From NCBI GenBank assembly GCA_040005755.1, contig JBDTYJ010000001.1, positions 310-64,309 on the forward strand: a stretch of 64,000 nt of DNA, written 5' to 3'. Within the stretch, counting starts at the first letter, position 1. Each line of letters starts with the position of its first letter. The translations under genes were made by a program, and so were the position numbers. Below the pieces are notes generated by a model. That model saw nothing but the letters and a program-made list of their open reading frames with translations, was not told where the DNA came from and did not search any database. Below, piece after piece: positions 9,801 to 20,300 of this stretch. This DNA comes from Pseudomonadota bacterium (GTDB lineage Bacteria > Myxococcota_A > Polyangia > Polyangiales > Polyangiaceae).

Positions 9801-12800
9801 TACGCGAGGGGCTGCCGGTGCCGGCCGCAGGCACCGTGACCATGCAAGTGGTGCTCTCACCGACTGCTGAGGGCAGCTTCGGCATCGAGGTGTACAGCGC
9901 CGAAAATGACCCAGCGCGGCCAGAAGCCGATCCTAAATGGCGCTTGCATGCCTCCGCCAACGCATCCCGCACCCAGGCAGCGCCTCCAGCGTTACCCGGC
10001 ACGTATTTGTCAGGCGACGTCGTTTCACACGACGTAGCCGGCTACTACGAGCGTTTGCTTCAGCGTGGCGCCAACTACGGTCCCACATTCCGCGGCATCA
10101 AACAGCTGGCCGGAGTGGGCAGTGAGCTGCTCGGCCGCGTGTGCCTGCCCGAAGGCGTGGTCGCTGACGACTTGCAGCTTCACCCCGCGCTGCTGGACGC
10201 CTGCTTGCAGCTGGTGGGCGCGGGTGTCCCCTGGGATCCGACGCGGCCGAACGACGTTTGCGTACCCGTCGGCATCGACCGTTTTCGAGTCTTCCGCTCC
10301 GGCGTGACTGATGCGCTCTGTCATGCCGTTCTGGAGCCGCTAACACCCGGCGTGCCCTTCATTCGCGCGGATATCGTGCTGTTCGCCGAAGGCGCCATCG
10401 TTGCCGAGTTGCGCGGCCTGGAGCTGCAACGCGTGAGCGAAGACGCGATTTTGCGGCTCCAGCAAGCGCCTACCCAGCCCGATTGGCTGCTGGAGGTCGA
10501 GTGGCAAAAGGCTGAGGCCGTGCCGCCCGCCACAGCGGCCGGGGAGCGCTGGCTACTGCTGGGCGAGCAGACCCCGCTTGCCGACGCGCTTACTTCGGAG
10601 CTGGAGCGACGCGGAGCCGCGGTGACGGTGGCTCACTTCCTTGATCGGGGGTCAGCAATAAGCAGCGGGTCTGGCTGGACCGGCATCGTTCGTTTGCCGC
10701 CTGCCTCGGTACCCGACGCAAGCGGCCTGCCGGCATGGTGCGCGCAGCATCAGGTGGCCATTCAAAGCGTACTCACGGCCTTGCCCCGGTTGACCGAGCT
10801 GAGCGCGCCGCTCTGGTTCGTCACCCGCGGTTCCCAGGCCGTCGCTGGCTCGAACCCCAATTTGGCCGAGTCCCCCGTTTGGGGCCTGGCGGGCGTGATT
10901 GCCAATGAATATCCGGCGCTGCGTACCGTGCGGGTCGATCTCGAGCCCACAGCAAGCGAAGGGGAAGCCGCGCAGCTCGCGAGCGCCCTGCTCGCCAAAG
11001 ACGCTGAAGATCGCGTCGCGTTGCGCGCCGGACAGCGCTACGTCGCGCGCCTCGTAACTGGCACGCTCGCGCCGTCTACGGAGGTGACGCCGCAGCGTCT
11101 CGAAATCGACGAACGTGGTGTGCTTGAGAACCTGCGCTGGCGGGCCGTGCCGCGCCCCACTCCCAGCCCTGGCCAAGTAGAAATCCGCGTGCTCGCGACC
11201 GGCCTCAACTTTCGCGACGTGTTGAACGCGCTCGGCATGTACCCGGGCGACCCGGGTCCCCTCGGCAACGAGTGCGCGGGCGTCATTTCCGCGCTGGGTG
11301 AGGGCGTGCATGAGCTTGCGGTGGGCGACGAAGTCGTCTCGATGACCGACCAAAGCTTTGCCACCTTCGTGCTCGCACCCGCGGTGCTTACCGTAAAAAA
11401 GCCGCAAAATATCAGCTTTTCCGAGGCCGCGACGATCCCGGTCACCTTCCTCACTGCCCAATACGCTCTGTTCAACCAATCGCGCATGAAGCCCGGGGAT
11501 CGGGTGCTGGTGCACGCGGCAACTGGCGGCGTGGGCATGGCTGCAATGCAACTCGCTCGCCGCGCAGGAGCCACGATCTTCGCCACCGCCGGCAGTCCGG
11601 CGAAGCGCGCGTTGGCGCTCGCTTTAGGCGCACATCACCTGTCCGATTCCCGATCGCTCGCCTTCGTCGAGGACTTCCGGGAGGCGACGGACGGTGAAGG
11701 ATTGGACATCGTGCTCAATTCGCTGGCTGGGGACTTCATCCCGGCGAGCCTCGGCCTGCTGCGCGCCGGCGGGCGTTTCGTTGAAATCGGCAAGACCGGG
11801 ATCTGGGATGCCGCCGCGGTCGCCAAAGCGTATCCGGGCCTCGAGTACTATCCGCTGTACTTGGGTGAGGTGACCCAAGCTGAACCCACGTTGATGCGAG
11901 ACATGCTGCAGCGCTTGATGAACGATTTCGAGAGTGGTGCGCTCCAGCCGCTTCCGCAGACGCTCTATCCCATCGAAAAGGCGCAGGAAGCGTTCCGCTT
12001 CATGGGTCAGGGCCGTCACACCGGTAAGATCGTGCTCACGCAACGCGTGGCGCCCGAAGTGCGCGCGAATGCCACGTACCTGATCAGCGGCGGCTTGGGC
12101 GGGCTTGGCCTTGCGTGCGCACGCGGCCTGGTCGAGCGCGGCGCCCGTCACGTGGTCCTGCTCGGTCGCCGCGCGCCCACGCCCGAAGCAGAACGGGCAA
12201 TCGACGCGCTCACCGGGTTCGGAGCAACGATCACCGTCGTGCAGGGTGACGTGAGCGTGGAGGCAGACGTCGCCTCGTTGATGCAGCAGATCCGCAGCAC
12301 GCTCCCGCCTCTGCGTGGCGTGCTGCACGCCGCCGGCAGCGTGGACGACGGCATGTTGGTTGAGCAGGATTGGTCGCGTTTCGAGCGTGTGATGGCGCCC
12401 AAAGTGGCGGGCACGTGGCATTTACACGCCCTCACGCATGCCTGCCAGTTGGATTTTTTCGTGATGTTCTCGTCCGGTGCGGCCCTGCTCGGGTCGCCCG
12501 GCCAAGGCAATTACGCCGCCGCCAACTCGTTCATGGACGGGCTCGCCTACGTGCGACAAGCCGAAGGCCGGCACGGGCTCAGCATCAATTGGGGGAGCTG
12601 GGCGGAGGTCGGTATGGCGGCCAGTGTCAGCGAAGCGCATCGCCGCCGTTGGGCAGAACAGGGCCTGCGCATGATCGCGCCGCGCGACGGTGTGCGCATG
12701 CTCAATGACGCCCTGCGCGGCGCGCAGACGCCGCAGATCGCCATTCTGCCCCTGGATCGCGCGCGCTTGCCGCGCGCCGCGGGCCCGTTCTTCCAGCGCC

Positions 12801-13198
12801 TGCTCGAAACGGAGAAGACCGCGCTGCGCGTCCGCGAGGCGGCACCCGTGGATCTCGCGCCGCGTATCTTAGCGGCTGAACCGGCGGAGCGCGCGGCGCT
12901 GATTTCCGCCTTCTTATGCGAGCAATTGGTGCGTGTGTTGGCGGTGGACCGCGCCACGCAATTTCGCACTGACCAACCGGTGCTGGAGCTCGGGCTCGAC
13001 TCGCTGATGGCCATGGAGCTCAGGAATCGCGTGCAAGGCGCGGTGAAAGTGCGCCTCTCAGTCGCTGATTTACTCGGTGGGCAAACCATCGATCAGCTGA
13101 CCGCCAAGATCTTGCAGGGCATGGCGCTGGAACGACCGCCGCAAGTGGGCGGCGCCAGCTCAGAACCGGCTACGGGCTGGGAGGAAGGCTCCCTGTAG
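6830..13198 (+). CDS. Modular cis-AT type I PKS: KS-AT(malonyl)-DH-ER-KR-ACP, no thioesterase
   Basis: KS DTACSSS; AT GHSVG/HAFH; DH HPLLG, HRIYGVALFP, DACLQ; ER GLNFRD, HAATGGVGMAA; KR GGLGGLG, GQGNYAAAN; ACP LGLDSL; GTGA overlap with the upstream gene. Confidence 0.96.
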   Translation: MTEPDYRALLKRSLVAIEQLEAKLAATERSRSEPIAVVGVGCRLPGGVSTPEAYWELLANGVDAVTEVPKQRWDADAVFDPDPDAEGKSYTRWGGFIDQVAGFDAQFFGISPREAVSMDPQHRLLLEVAWEALEHAGIAPASLAGSRAAVFVGISSTDYGNELVDVAGADRGDAYTAAGGAHSIAAGRLSYFLGVHGPNMAVDTACSSSLVAVHLAVQSLRNGETSLALAGGVNLTLTATGAILTSRARMMSFDGRCKTFDASADGYVRAEGSGIIVLKRLSDAQRDGDRILAVIRGSAVNQDGRSSGLTAPNGAAQEAVIRDALANAGLSPADISVIEAHGTGTSLGDPIEMNALGRVFGERPASAPLLVASVKTNLGHLEAAAGAASIIKVVLALQQRTVPKHLHLNNPNPLIAWDTLPVRVPLEPTPWRQANGGPRRAGVSSFGFSGTNAHVVLEEAPPSVDAARAEAHSRLLVLSGQTDAALREQAARFRAQLTDADAAAWQDACFTAGYGRSHLPERLSVVAQHAAQAVEKLDAFASDRLLPGVARGRAASAPPEIAFLFTGQGAQFFGMARELYASQPAFRSALDACAAIVDPLLERPLLAVVMNDEASSALLDDTAYTQPALFAIEYALVQLWRSWGVEPTVVLGHSVGEYVAACIAGMFSLEDGLRLIAHRGRLMSRLPRDGTMAVVFAGEARVAEALRGLEHEVSIGAVNGPESTVISGRTAVVEAVVARLNAEGVETQRLNVSHAFHSPLMDPMLDEFELLASRITISPPRIGLVSNVTGRMAGNDLANAAYFRRHVREAVRFADGIATLHAEKIHIFIEIGPSPTLLGMAKRCPAASAATWLPSLRKAVIDTESMLQTLAELHVLGQPIAWRALAGAGAKRAVLPRYSFQRERYWHELTPRALSGAPKGRNAGHPLLGTRLSTPLPIYQCTLSLAALPWLSDHRIYGVALFPVTAFLEAALAAARDALGDSNVALEAIVVREGLPVPAAGTVTMQVVLSPTAEGSFGIEVYSAENDPARPEADPKWRLHASANASRTQAAPPALPGTYLSGDVVSHDVAGYYERLLQRGANYGPTFRGIKQLAGVGSELLGRVCLPEGVVADDLQLHPALLDACLQLVGAGVPWDPTRPNDVCVPVGIDRFRVFRSGVTDALCHAVLEPLTPGVPFIRADIVLFAEGAIVAELRGLELQRVSEDAILRLQQAPTQPDWLLEVEWQKAEAVPPATAAGERWLLLGEQTPLADALTSELERRGAAVTVAHFLDRGSAISSGSGWTGIVRLPPASVPDASGLPAWCAQHQVAIQSVLTALPRLTELSAPLWFVTRGSQAVAGSNPNLAESPVWGLAGVIANEYPALRTVRVDLEPTASEGEAAQLASALLAKDAEDRVALRAGQRYVARLVTGTLAPSTEVTPQRLEIDERGVLENLRWRAVPRPTPSPGQVEIRVLATGLNFRDVLNALGMYPGDPGPLGNECAGVISALGEGVHELAVGDEVVSMTDQSFATFVLAPAVLTVKKPQNISFSEAATIPVTFLTAQYALFNQSRMKPGDRVLVHAATGGVGMAAMQLARRAGATIFATAGSPAKRALALALGAHHLSDSRSLAFVEDFREATDGEGLDIVLNSLAGDFIPASLGLLRAGGRFVEIGKTGIWDAAAVAKAYPGLEYYPLYLGEVTQAEPTLMRDMLQRLMNDFESGALQPLPQTLYPIEKAQEAFRFMGQGRHTGKIVLTQRVAPEVRANATYLISGGLGGLGLACARGLVERGARHVVLLGRRAPTPEAERAIDALTGFGATITVVQGDVSVEADVASLMQQIRSTLPPLRGVLHAAGSVDDGMLVEQDWSRFERVMAPKVAGTWHLHALTHACQLDFFVMFSSGAALLGSPGQGNYAAANSFMDGLAYVRQAEGRHGLSINWGSWAEVGMAASVSEAHRRRWAEQGLRMIAPRDGVRMLNDALRGAQTPQIAILPLDRARLPRAAGPFFQRLLETEKTALRVREAAPVDLAPRILAAEPAERAALISAFLCEQLVRVLAVDRATQFRTDQPVLELGLDSLMAMELRNRVQGAVKVRLSVADLLGGQTIDQLTAKILQGMALERPPQVGGASSEPATGWEEGSL

Positions 13199-13209
13199 GG
13201 CCTGGCAAG

Positions 13210-14733
13210 GTGCTGATGAACCGGAGTAACCGCCAGAGCTTGGTCGCCGCTGTTCTCATCGCGGGAGCCTGCGCGGCCTGTCACGGCGAACGCCCCGACG
13301 TCGTGGCATCCCCGCCTGACGCCGGCGTACCAGGCCTGCTGCCAGTAAAAAACGCGCCGCCCCCAACGCGCCTCGACCTTCCTCTGGGTCCGGACGCCGG
13401 TCCACCGAACGCAGCGGTCGCAGAGGAGCCCACCGCCGAGGCACCGGTCGCCCCGCGCCACCCCGAAGCGGACATCTCGCCGGCAGCACTGGCTGCCGCG
13501 GTGACGGCCAACAACCGGTTCGCACTGGCGCTGTTCGCGCTGCTGCGCGCCGGTAACGCGAAATCCAATCTGCTGACCTCGCCGCTGAGCGCAGAGCTCG
13601 CACTGACCATGGCCTACGCGGGCGCAACGGGCCAAACCCGCGCCGAAATGGCCCGCGCGCTCTCCTTCGGCAGCGCGCCCGCGCAAACCATTTTCGACGG
13701 TCAAAACGCGCTCAGCCAAGCGCTCGAGCGGCGCGGGGCAAGCGCACTCGCGTTGGCCGCACACAGCTCCTTCGGCAGCGCGCGGCCGCCCGTCGCCAAG
13801 GATTACCAGCTCGACGTGGTCAACTCACTGTGGGGCGAGGCCACTTACCCGTGGCAGCCAGCATTCCTGCGCATACTCGCGGCCGACTATGGCGCGCCGC
13901 TGTACCGGCGCGACTTCATCCATCAAGCCGAGCCCGCTCGCCAAGCCATCAACGCTTGGGTCAGTAAAAAAACGGCCGACAAGATCAATGATTTGCTGCC
14001 GGCAGGTGCTGTTGGCGGTGAGACACGTCTGGTCTTGGTCAACGCGCTGCACCTCAAATTGCCTTGGCAAACACCGTTTCGCCCGGCTGCAACCGTGCCC
14101 GCCGTGTTCACCCGCGTCGACAGAACGCAGCTCACTACGCCGTTCATGAACAGCCAAGCGTCGCTCCCGTACCTCGATGACGGGGCCGCGCAAGTGGCCG
14201 CTCTACCGATGTACGGGAACGAGCTGTACTTGGTCATCGCGTTGCCGCATGCCGGTACCTCACTCGATGCCTATGAGCGCTCGTTGCGCTCGGGCGCTGC
14301 CGCGCTTCGGTTGCCGAAGAAGAACGCACTGCTCGCGCTGTCTCTACCGAAGAGCGCGTTTACTAGCCCAAGCTTCTCACTGAGATCGGCGTTGCAAGCT
14401 TTGGGCATGAAGCAGGCATTCGACGACGAGCAAGCTCACTTCGAAGGCATGGGCGCGCCGGCGGCTGGCACGCCGCGCTTGTTCGTCTCAGACGTGCTGC
14501 AAAAGGCCATGATTGACGTGCAAGAAACGGGGCTCGAGGCCGCCGCGGCAACCGCCGTGGTCATGCGCACCGCCATGGCCCTGATTCCGAGCGGTCCCGC
14601 ACGCGTGCCCATTCCCATGATCGTCAATCGGCCCTACTTACTCGCCGTGCTGGATGCCCCAACAGGCGCAATTCTCATACTCGGCCACATCAACGACCCA
14701 GCGCCGGCCGCGAGTCCCAGAGTCCAGCCATGA
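13210..14733 (+). CDS. Serpin-family (serine protease inhibitor) lipoprotein
   Basis: Lipobox-like LIAGAC and Pro-rich linker; serpin motifs SPLS, INAWV..KT..KI, LVNALHLK..W, hinge ETGLEAAAAT, NRPY. Confidence 0.9.
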   Translation: MLMNRSNRQSLVAAVLIAGACAACHGERPDVVASPPDAGVPGLLPVKNAPPPTRLDLPLGPDAGPPNAAVAEEPTAEAPVAPRHPEADISPAALAAAVTANNRFALALFALLRAGNAKSNLLTSPLSAELALTMAYAGATGQTRAEMARALSFGSAPAQTIFDGQNALSQALERRGASALALAAHSSFGSARPPVAKDYQLDVVNSLWGEATYPWQPAFLRILAADYGAPLYRRDFIHQAEPARQAINAWVSKKTADKINDLLPAGAVGGETRLVLVNALHLKLPWQTPFRPAATVPAVFTRVDRTQLTTPFMNSQASLPYLDDGAAQVAALPMYGNELYLVIALPHAGTSLDAYERSLRSGAAALRLPKKNALLALSLPKSAFTSPSFSLRSALQALGMKQAFDDEQAHFEGMGAPAAGTPRLFVSDVLQKAMIDVQETGLEAAAATAVVMRTAMALIPSGPARVPIPMIVNRPYLLAVLDAPTGAILILGHINDPAPAASPRVQP

Positions 14734-15245
14734 ACGCAGACGAGCTCCGCGCTCTCCAAACCCCGATCAAAGATCGCTACCGAAAGGACGCCGGTGCGGG
14801 TGTCGTGACCCTCACCTCGCGCGGCCTCGTCGGTGAGGACGCCATCACCTGCCGGGTTGAGACTGGTCGGGCGATCGTAGAAGCGGGTCTGCACCCCGCA
14901 ACCGGCGGAACGGGCCTCAGCGCGTGTTCCGGGAACATGCTGCTCGACGCGCTGGTCGCGTGCGCGGGCGTCACCCTAGCCGCGGTGGCGACGGCGTTGG
15001 GCATCACGCTTCGCTCCGCTCAAGTGAGCGCCGAGGGCGATTTGGATTTCCGCGGCACGCTCGGCGTTGCCAAGGACGCGCCCGTCGGTTTCAAGAGCAT
15101 TCGCCTGCGTTTTGAGCTCGATTCGGACGCCAGCGCTGAGCTGCTAGCGAAGCTAATCCAACTCACCGAGCGTTACTGCGTGGTTTACCAAACGCTGCGT
15201 AGCACGCCTGCGCTGTCGGTTAGCCACCACCTCGTCACCGCCTGA
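14730..15245 (+). CDS. OsmC/Ohr-family protein
   Basis: LLDALVAC and TERYCVV cysteines, GDLDFRG motif; ATGA overlap with the serpin gene. Confidence 0.88.
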   Translation: MNADELRALQTPIKDRYRKDAGAGVVTLTSRGLVGEDAITCRVETGRAIVEAGLHPATGGTGLSACSGNMLLDALVACAGVTLAAVATALGITLRSAQVSAEGDLDFRGTLGVAKDAPVGFKSIRLRFELDSDASAELLAKLIQLTERYCVVYQTLRSTPALSVSHHLVTA

Positions 15246-15257
15246 GAGCGGCTTCCT

Positions 15258-17291
15258 TCAGCGGCGCGCCGCCCAGCGCGCCCGCACGCCTTCCGAGACG
15301 AGGCGCGAGTCAGCTGCAACGGGCCGGTGCGCATGCCGCTGTTCCAACCTCTTGCTCCAAAGCTCAAGGTACTCGGTGTCCGAGAGCGCCTGCAGCTCGA
15401 GCGCATCGGGCGCCTGCTTGGTGCTCACCTCGAGATACACGTCCAAGTTATCAAGCCGCGGTTGCGGTAGTTTTCCGCTTTGCTGTGCCGCCCACATCTC
15501 CGCGTACAGCGCCTCCAGGTGGCGCACTAGGGAAGGCATGTCGAACAACGTGCAGGTGTCGCGGCTTGCTTGCAAACGCGCGCGCAGTGGCTCCAGCAGC
15601 GCCCGGTCATTGCCATAACGAACGGCGGTTTCGACGTAATTTTCGGCACTTTCGCACACAAGCTCTGGGACCCCGGCGGCGCGCACCAAGCTGCCGCACA
15701 CGCGCGAAGCAAAGGAGCGCCCGGCGTAGCTGAGCACGGGCAGCCCCGTCCACAATGCATCCGACGCCGTCGTGTGCGCGCCATATGGCGTTGTATCCAA
15801 GAACAGATCTGCCAGCGCGTAACGCGCGAGGTGGAAAGCGTTCGCGAGCTTCTGCGCGTACACGATGCGTTCCTTCGCGATGCCGCGCTCCGCTGCGTAA
15901 TTCCGCAATCGCTCGTTGGTCGCTTCGTTGCTGCCGAGCAGCCACAGCACGCTGCCCGGAACGCGCGCCAAGATCGCGAGCCAACGATCGAACGTAAACG
16001 GGTGGATCTTGTGGACCCCATTGAAACAGCAGAACACCGTCGCGTCTTCGGGCAAGCCCACGTCTTTGCGGGTGGGCGCGTGCGCCGCCAGAGTGCGCGC
16101 CCGCAAGCTCGGTTGGTAACACGGCAAACGCAGCACTTTTTCCGAGTAAAATTGCTCGTAAGCCGGCGGAATGATGAATTCATCCGCGATCAGGTAGTGG
16201 TGGTAGGGGCTCGCCATGCTGCCGGGAAACCCGAGCCAGTTCACGATCACGGGTGCGGGGCGCAGCGCAACCAATTTGAGCCGCGCCTCACGCGTGTAGC
16301 CGTTCAAGTCCACCAAGATCTGCACGCCATCCTGGGCCATTTGGCGGGCGGCGGCGGCGTCATCCAGATTGCTGATGGACGTGAAATGATCCGTGGTCGA
16401 CTTGAAATGCTGATGAAGCGGATCCTTGGCCTCGGGCCCACAGTAATAGGCGAACGTCTCGACGCGTTCGCGCGAATGGAGCGCGAACACCTCGGTCATC
16501 AGGTACCCAACCGCATGCTCGCGCAAGTCGGACGATAAATAGCCGATACGTAAGCGCGAACTCTGCGTCACCGGCGCGCGTGGCTCGGGCACGAGCGGGG
16601 GATCGCCGACGTCCTCTCGGTTGTAGTGATGCGCAAGCGCGAGCTGCAGCAGCGGATCATCCGTCAGCGCCGCGATGGAAAGCGGGGAAAGACCCTCGAT
16701 CAACGTGCGCAGGTCCACTCGTTCTGAGCTGAGCAACGCAGGCCATTCGCACTGTCGTTGGCGCAAGGCGATCAGGTGTTGCACCGCTTCCGGCTGCGTC
16801 GCATCCAGCTCTAAGCTGTGCCGCAGCATCTGCTCGGCCGCTTCATCTTGGTCCGCGCTCTCGAGCGCGCGCGCACTTTGGTTGAGCGTCGTCGTTTTAT
16901 GGGTGATGGTGCTCCCGGTGACAGCACTCATGCGCGCAAGCGCGGCCGACCATTGGCTGAGCGCGTGCCCGACGTTCCCGAGCCGTTCGTAAATTCGGCC
17001 AAGATTGATGTATGCCGGAATGAAGTCCGCATTCAGCGCGATCGCACGCTCCAAGCAGGAGCGCGCCTCCTCCAGCTGTTCAACGTCGCTCAGCGCCACC
17101 GCGTAATTGAACAGCACCGCGTACAGGAGCGGGTGCGTCTGATTATGCTCGACCCAGGCCGAGTACAGCGCGCTCACGGCCTGCACTTGCCCGCCTTGCT
17201 TCAGCAGTTCGATCGCGCGAATCAGGTCAGGAACGCTCAGCTCCTGTGCTGTCGGCCGGTTCATTGCAGCGGGTGAGGGATCTGGTGACAT
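15258..17291 (-). CDS. TPR-containing GT41 glycosyltransferase (O-GlcNAc transferase/SPINDLY-like)
   Basis: N-terminal TPRs (AYINLGRIYE); GT41 motifs RLRIGYLSSDLREHAVG, ILVDLNGYT, WLGFPG, FCCFN..HKI, DLFLDT.PY.AHTTASDALW; start could be 17309 (TTG), 17291 or slightly downstream. Confidence 0.93.
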   Translation of the reverse strand: MSPDPSPAAMNRPTAQELSVPDLIRAIELLKQGGQVQAVSALYSAWVEHNQTHPLLYAVLFNYAVALSDVEQLEEARSCLERAIALNADFIPAYINLGRIYERLGNVGHALSQWSAALARMSAVTGSTITHKTTTLNQSARALESADQDEAAEQMLRHSLELDATQPEAVQHLIALRQRQCEWPALLSSERVDLRTLIEGLSPLSIAALTDDPLLQLALAHHYNREDVGDPPLVPEPRAPVTQSSRLRIGYLSSDLREHAVGYLMTEVFALHSRERVETFAYYCGPEAKDPLHQHFKSTTDHFTSISNLDDAAAARQMAQDGVQILVDLNGYTREARLKLVALRPAPVIVNWLGFPGSMASPYHHYLIADEFIIPPAYEQFYSEKVLRLPCYQPSLRARTLAAHAPTRKDVGLPEDATVFCCFNGVHKIHPFTFDRWLAILARVPGSVLWLLGSNEATNERLRNYAAERGIAKERIVYAQKLANAFHLARYALADLFLDTTPYGAHTTASDALWTGLPVLSYAGRSFASRVCGSLVRAAGVPELVCESAENYVETAVRYGNDRALLEPLRARLQASRDTCTLFDMPSLVRHLEALYAEMWAAQQSGKLPQPRLDNLDVYLEVSTKQAPDALELQALSDTEYLELWSKRLEQRHAHRPVAADSRLVSEGVRARWAARR

Positions 17292-17328
17292 GACGGCGCG
17301 CTCCGGCAAAACAGTGCCATTTTAGAGC

Positions 17329-20300
17329 TCAAACCAGCGCGTCAAGCAACGCTTGGATCTGCTCCTCTGTCATTGCTTGCAGCTGCGCGTCCGTCAGCGC
17401 GCCCAGTTGCGTGCCGCTCAGCGCCTCAATGTCGGTCGTGGTCAGCATACCGATCGTCGTGGTCGTGAGGAAAGAGATGGTGGTTGTCGAAAGTTCCGTC
17501 AGTTGAGTGGGCGCCAGGGCGGCGATTTGACCTGCAGTGAACGTGCCGAACTGCATGGCGGTCAACGAGCCGACCTGTTCGGGAGTGAGAGCCGAGAGCT
17601 GCGCGCTCGATAGAGCCTGCATCTCGCTCGCAGTCAGACTCGAGATCTGAGTCGGGCTCATGTTCGAAACTTGCGTGGTCGAAAGGGCAGCCAACTGCGT
17701 CAGGCTCAACGCGCGGATTTGTAGACGCTGTAAGCCGAATAGCTGTTCTGGCGTCAATGCCGCGATCTGCGTGGTCGACAGGTAGCCAATCTGCGTATTG
17801 GTCAGCGCCGCCATCTCGTACGACGTCAGGCCGCCGAACTGCGTCGAGGTCAGCTCCGCTACCTGGGCCGAGCTGAGCCCGACGATCCCGCTCGCCGAGA
17901 AAGCACCGATCTGCTCGGGGCTCATGGCCGCGACCTGACTCGGCGTCATCGCCGCGACCTGGGTTGAAGTGAGGCCGCTCAACTCGACGCCGGTCAAGAG
18001 TTGAATCTGCGCAGTATTTAGGTTCGAAATCTGCGCCGCGGACAAGCCCGTGATGCCCGTCGCGGACAAGCTTTGGAACTGCGCCGTCGTCAACGCCGCG
18101 AACTCCGTGCTCGTCAGACCGGAGATGGCGGCGCCCGAAAGCGCGCCGACTTGCGTGAGAGACAGCGCGCCGAGCTGCGTCGAGCTGAGCGCCGCGGCTT
18201 GGCTTGCGGCGATGCCGGTGATGCCCCCCGGGGAAATGGCAGCGACTTGCGTCGGCGTGAGCTGTGAAAGTTGCGTGGTAGACAGCGCCGCCACTTGCGA
18301 CGACGTTAGGCCGCTGAGCTCGGTTGCGGTCAACACCCCGAGCTGCGTCGCGTTCAAGCTCGACACGGCGTTCGTGCTCAGAGCGCCGATGCCTGTTGCC
18401 GACAAGCTGCTGAGCTGCGTGGTCGTCAGCGCCGCCAACAGTGTCGAAGTCAGGCCGGATAACGTCGTGGTCGAGAGCGCCGCGAGCTGCCCAGTGGTGA
18501 GCGCTGCCAGCTGCTGGCCTGACAAGGCATCGGCCTGAGTGCCGCTCAAACCCGCGATCGCAGCCCCCGAAAGGGCGGCAATTTGGCCCGTCGAGAGCGC
18601 CGCCAGTTGCGTCAGGTCCAGCGCGCCGACTTCGGTGGAGCTGAACCCCGCGATCTGGCTCGTGCCCAGTGCGGCAAGCAAGGTCGTGCTGAGCGCTGCA
18701 GCTTGCGTCGCGCTGAGTGAGCCGAGTTGTGCGCTCGTCAGGGCGCCGAGTTGGTCCGCGTTGAGCGCGGCAAATTCCGTCAGCGTGAGCCCGGTCATCC
18801 CAGCCGAGGACAAAGCCGAGACCTGCGTCGTAGTGAGCGCGTTGAGTTGCCCGATGCTGAGCACCGCAACCTGCGTCGAATCGAGCCCCGCGACCTGAGC
18901 GCGGCTGAGCGCGGCGAGCCGCGTCGTGGAAAGTGCGTTGAGCTGCGGCGCGGTGAGCGTCCCAACGCTGGTAGCGCTGAGTCCGGCGAGCTGGGTGTTG
19001 GAAAACTGCGCGATTCGCGTCGTCGGCAAGCCTTGAATTTGCGCGGTCGTGAGCGCGTTGAGCTCGGCCGGAGTCAACGCTGCGAATTGCCCGCTGCTGA
19101 GCGCGTCGATCTGAGCTGCGCTGAGGCCCGTGACGCCCGTGGCCGAGAAAGCCGCGAGCTGCGTGGAACTGAGCGCACTCACTTGCGTGGTCGATAGTGC
19201 CGCCACCGCGCTAGAGGTGAACCCCGAGATCCCGCTCGCGGAGAGCGCGCTCAGTTGCGCCGTGGATAGCCCAGAAGCTTGAGTCGTGGTGAGGGCCGCG
19301 AGCTGGCTGCCGCCCAGTGCCGCGATTTGGCGCGTGTTCAACGCGGCGAACGCGGTGACGGTGAGGCCCGGCACGCCGCTCGTGGAGAGCGCGCCCATTT
19401 GCGTTGTGCTCAGCGCGGCCAGTTGCGTCGTCCCCAACGCGCTCACTTCGCTGCCGCTCAAAGCAGCGACTTGCGTCGTGCTCAGCGAGCCAATCTGCGC
19501 AGCCGTGAGGGCACCCAGCTGCTCACTCGAGAGTGCGCTGATTTCCACGCTGCTCAAGCCAGAAACCTGGGCGGTGGTCAGCCCGCTGACCTGCGTCGTC
19601 GAGAGCACCGCCAACTGCGTCGTGCTCAACGCCGCCACTTGCGCGGGAGTGAGCTGATTCAATCGCGGTACGGTAAACGACGAGATTTGCGTCGTAGTCA
19701 GGCCCGAAATAGCGCGCGTCGACAGCGCGGCGAGTTGCGTTGCGTTGAGCGCGGCCATTTGCTCGGCCGAAAGCTGTGCGGCCTGTGTCGAAGTCACTCC
19801 AGACAACTCGCCCGCACTGAGTACCGCGACTTGTGTCGTGCTGAGCGAGGACACCTGATCCGTGCTCAGTGCCGCGAACTGAGTCGCGCTCAGCGCCGAC
19901 AGTTGGCGGCTGCCGAGCGCGGCGATTTCGGCGGCGGTTAGACCGCGCACGCCGGTCGTGCTCAGCGCGGCCATTTGAGTCGTGAGTAGGGCGCCAAGTT
20001 GCGTAGTGTTCAGCGCCGCAACTTGAGTATCCAACAGCGCGCCCACCTGAGTCGAGCCCAGTCCGCTAATCTGCGTCGCGCTCAGGGCACCGATTTGTGT
20101 CGAATTCAGCGCGGAAACCTGCGTGTCGGCCAGCCCGCGCAGCTGCAAGCTACTCAGCGACCCGACCTGTGTGACCGACAGGGTGCCGATCTGATCCACG
20201 CTCAAGCCGGCGATTTGTGAGGCGGTGAGGGCGGCGAGTTGTGAACCGGTTAGCCCTGCTACCGCGGTCGTGCTGAGACCGCTCAAGGCAACACTGGATA

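Noticed and set aside
17304-17319. sigma54 promoter for the GT41 gene (TGGCAC-TGTT-TTGC)
   Set aside because: Spacing is one base short of GG-N10-GC and it lies too close to the start codon; reported as a shared motif instead
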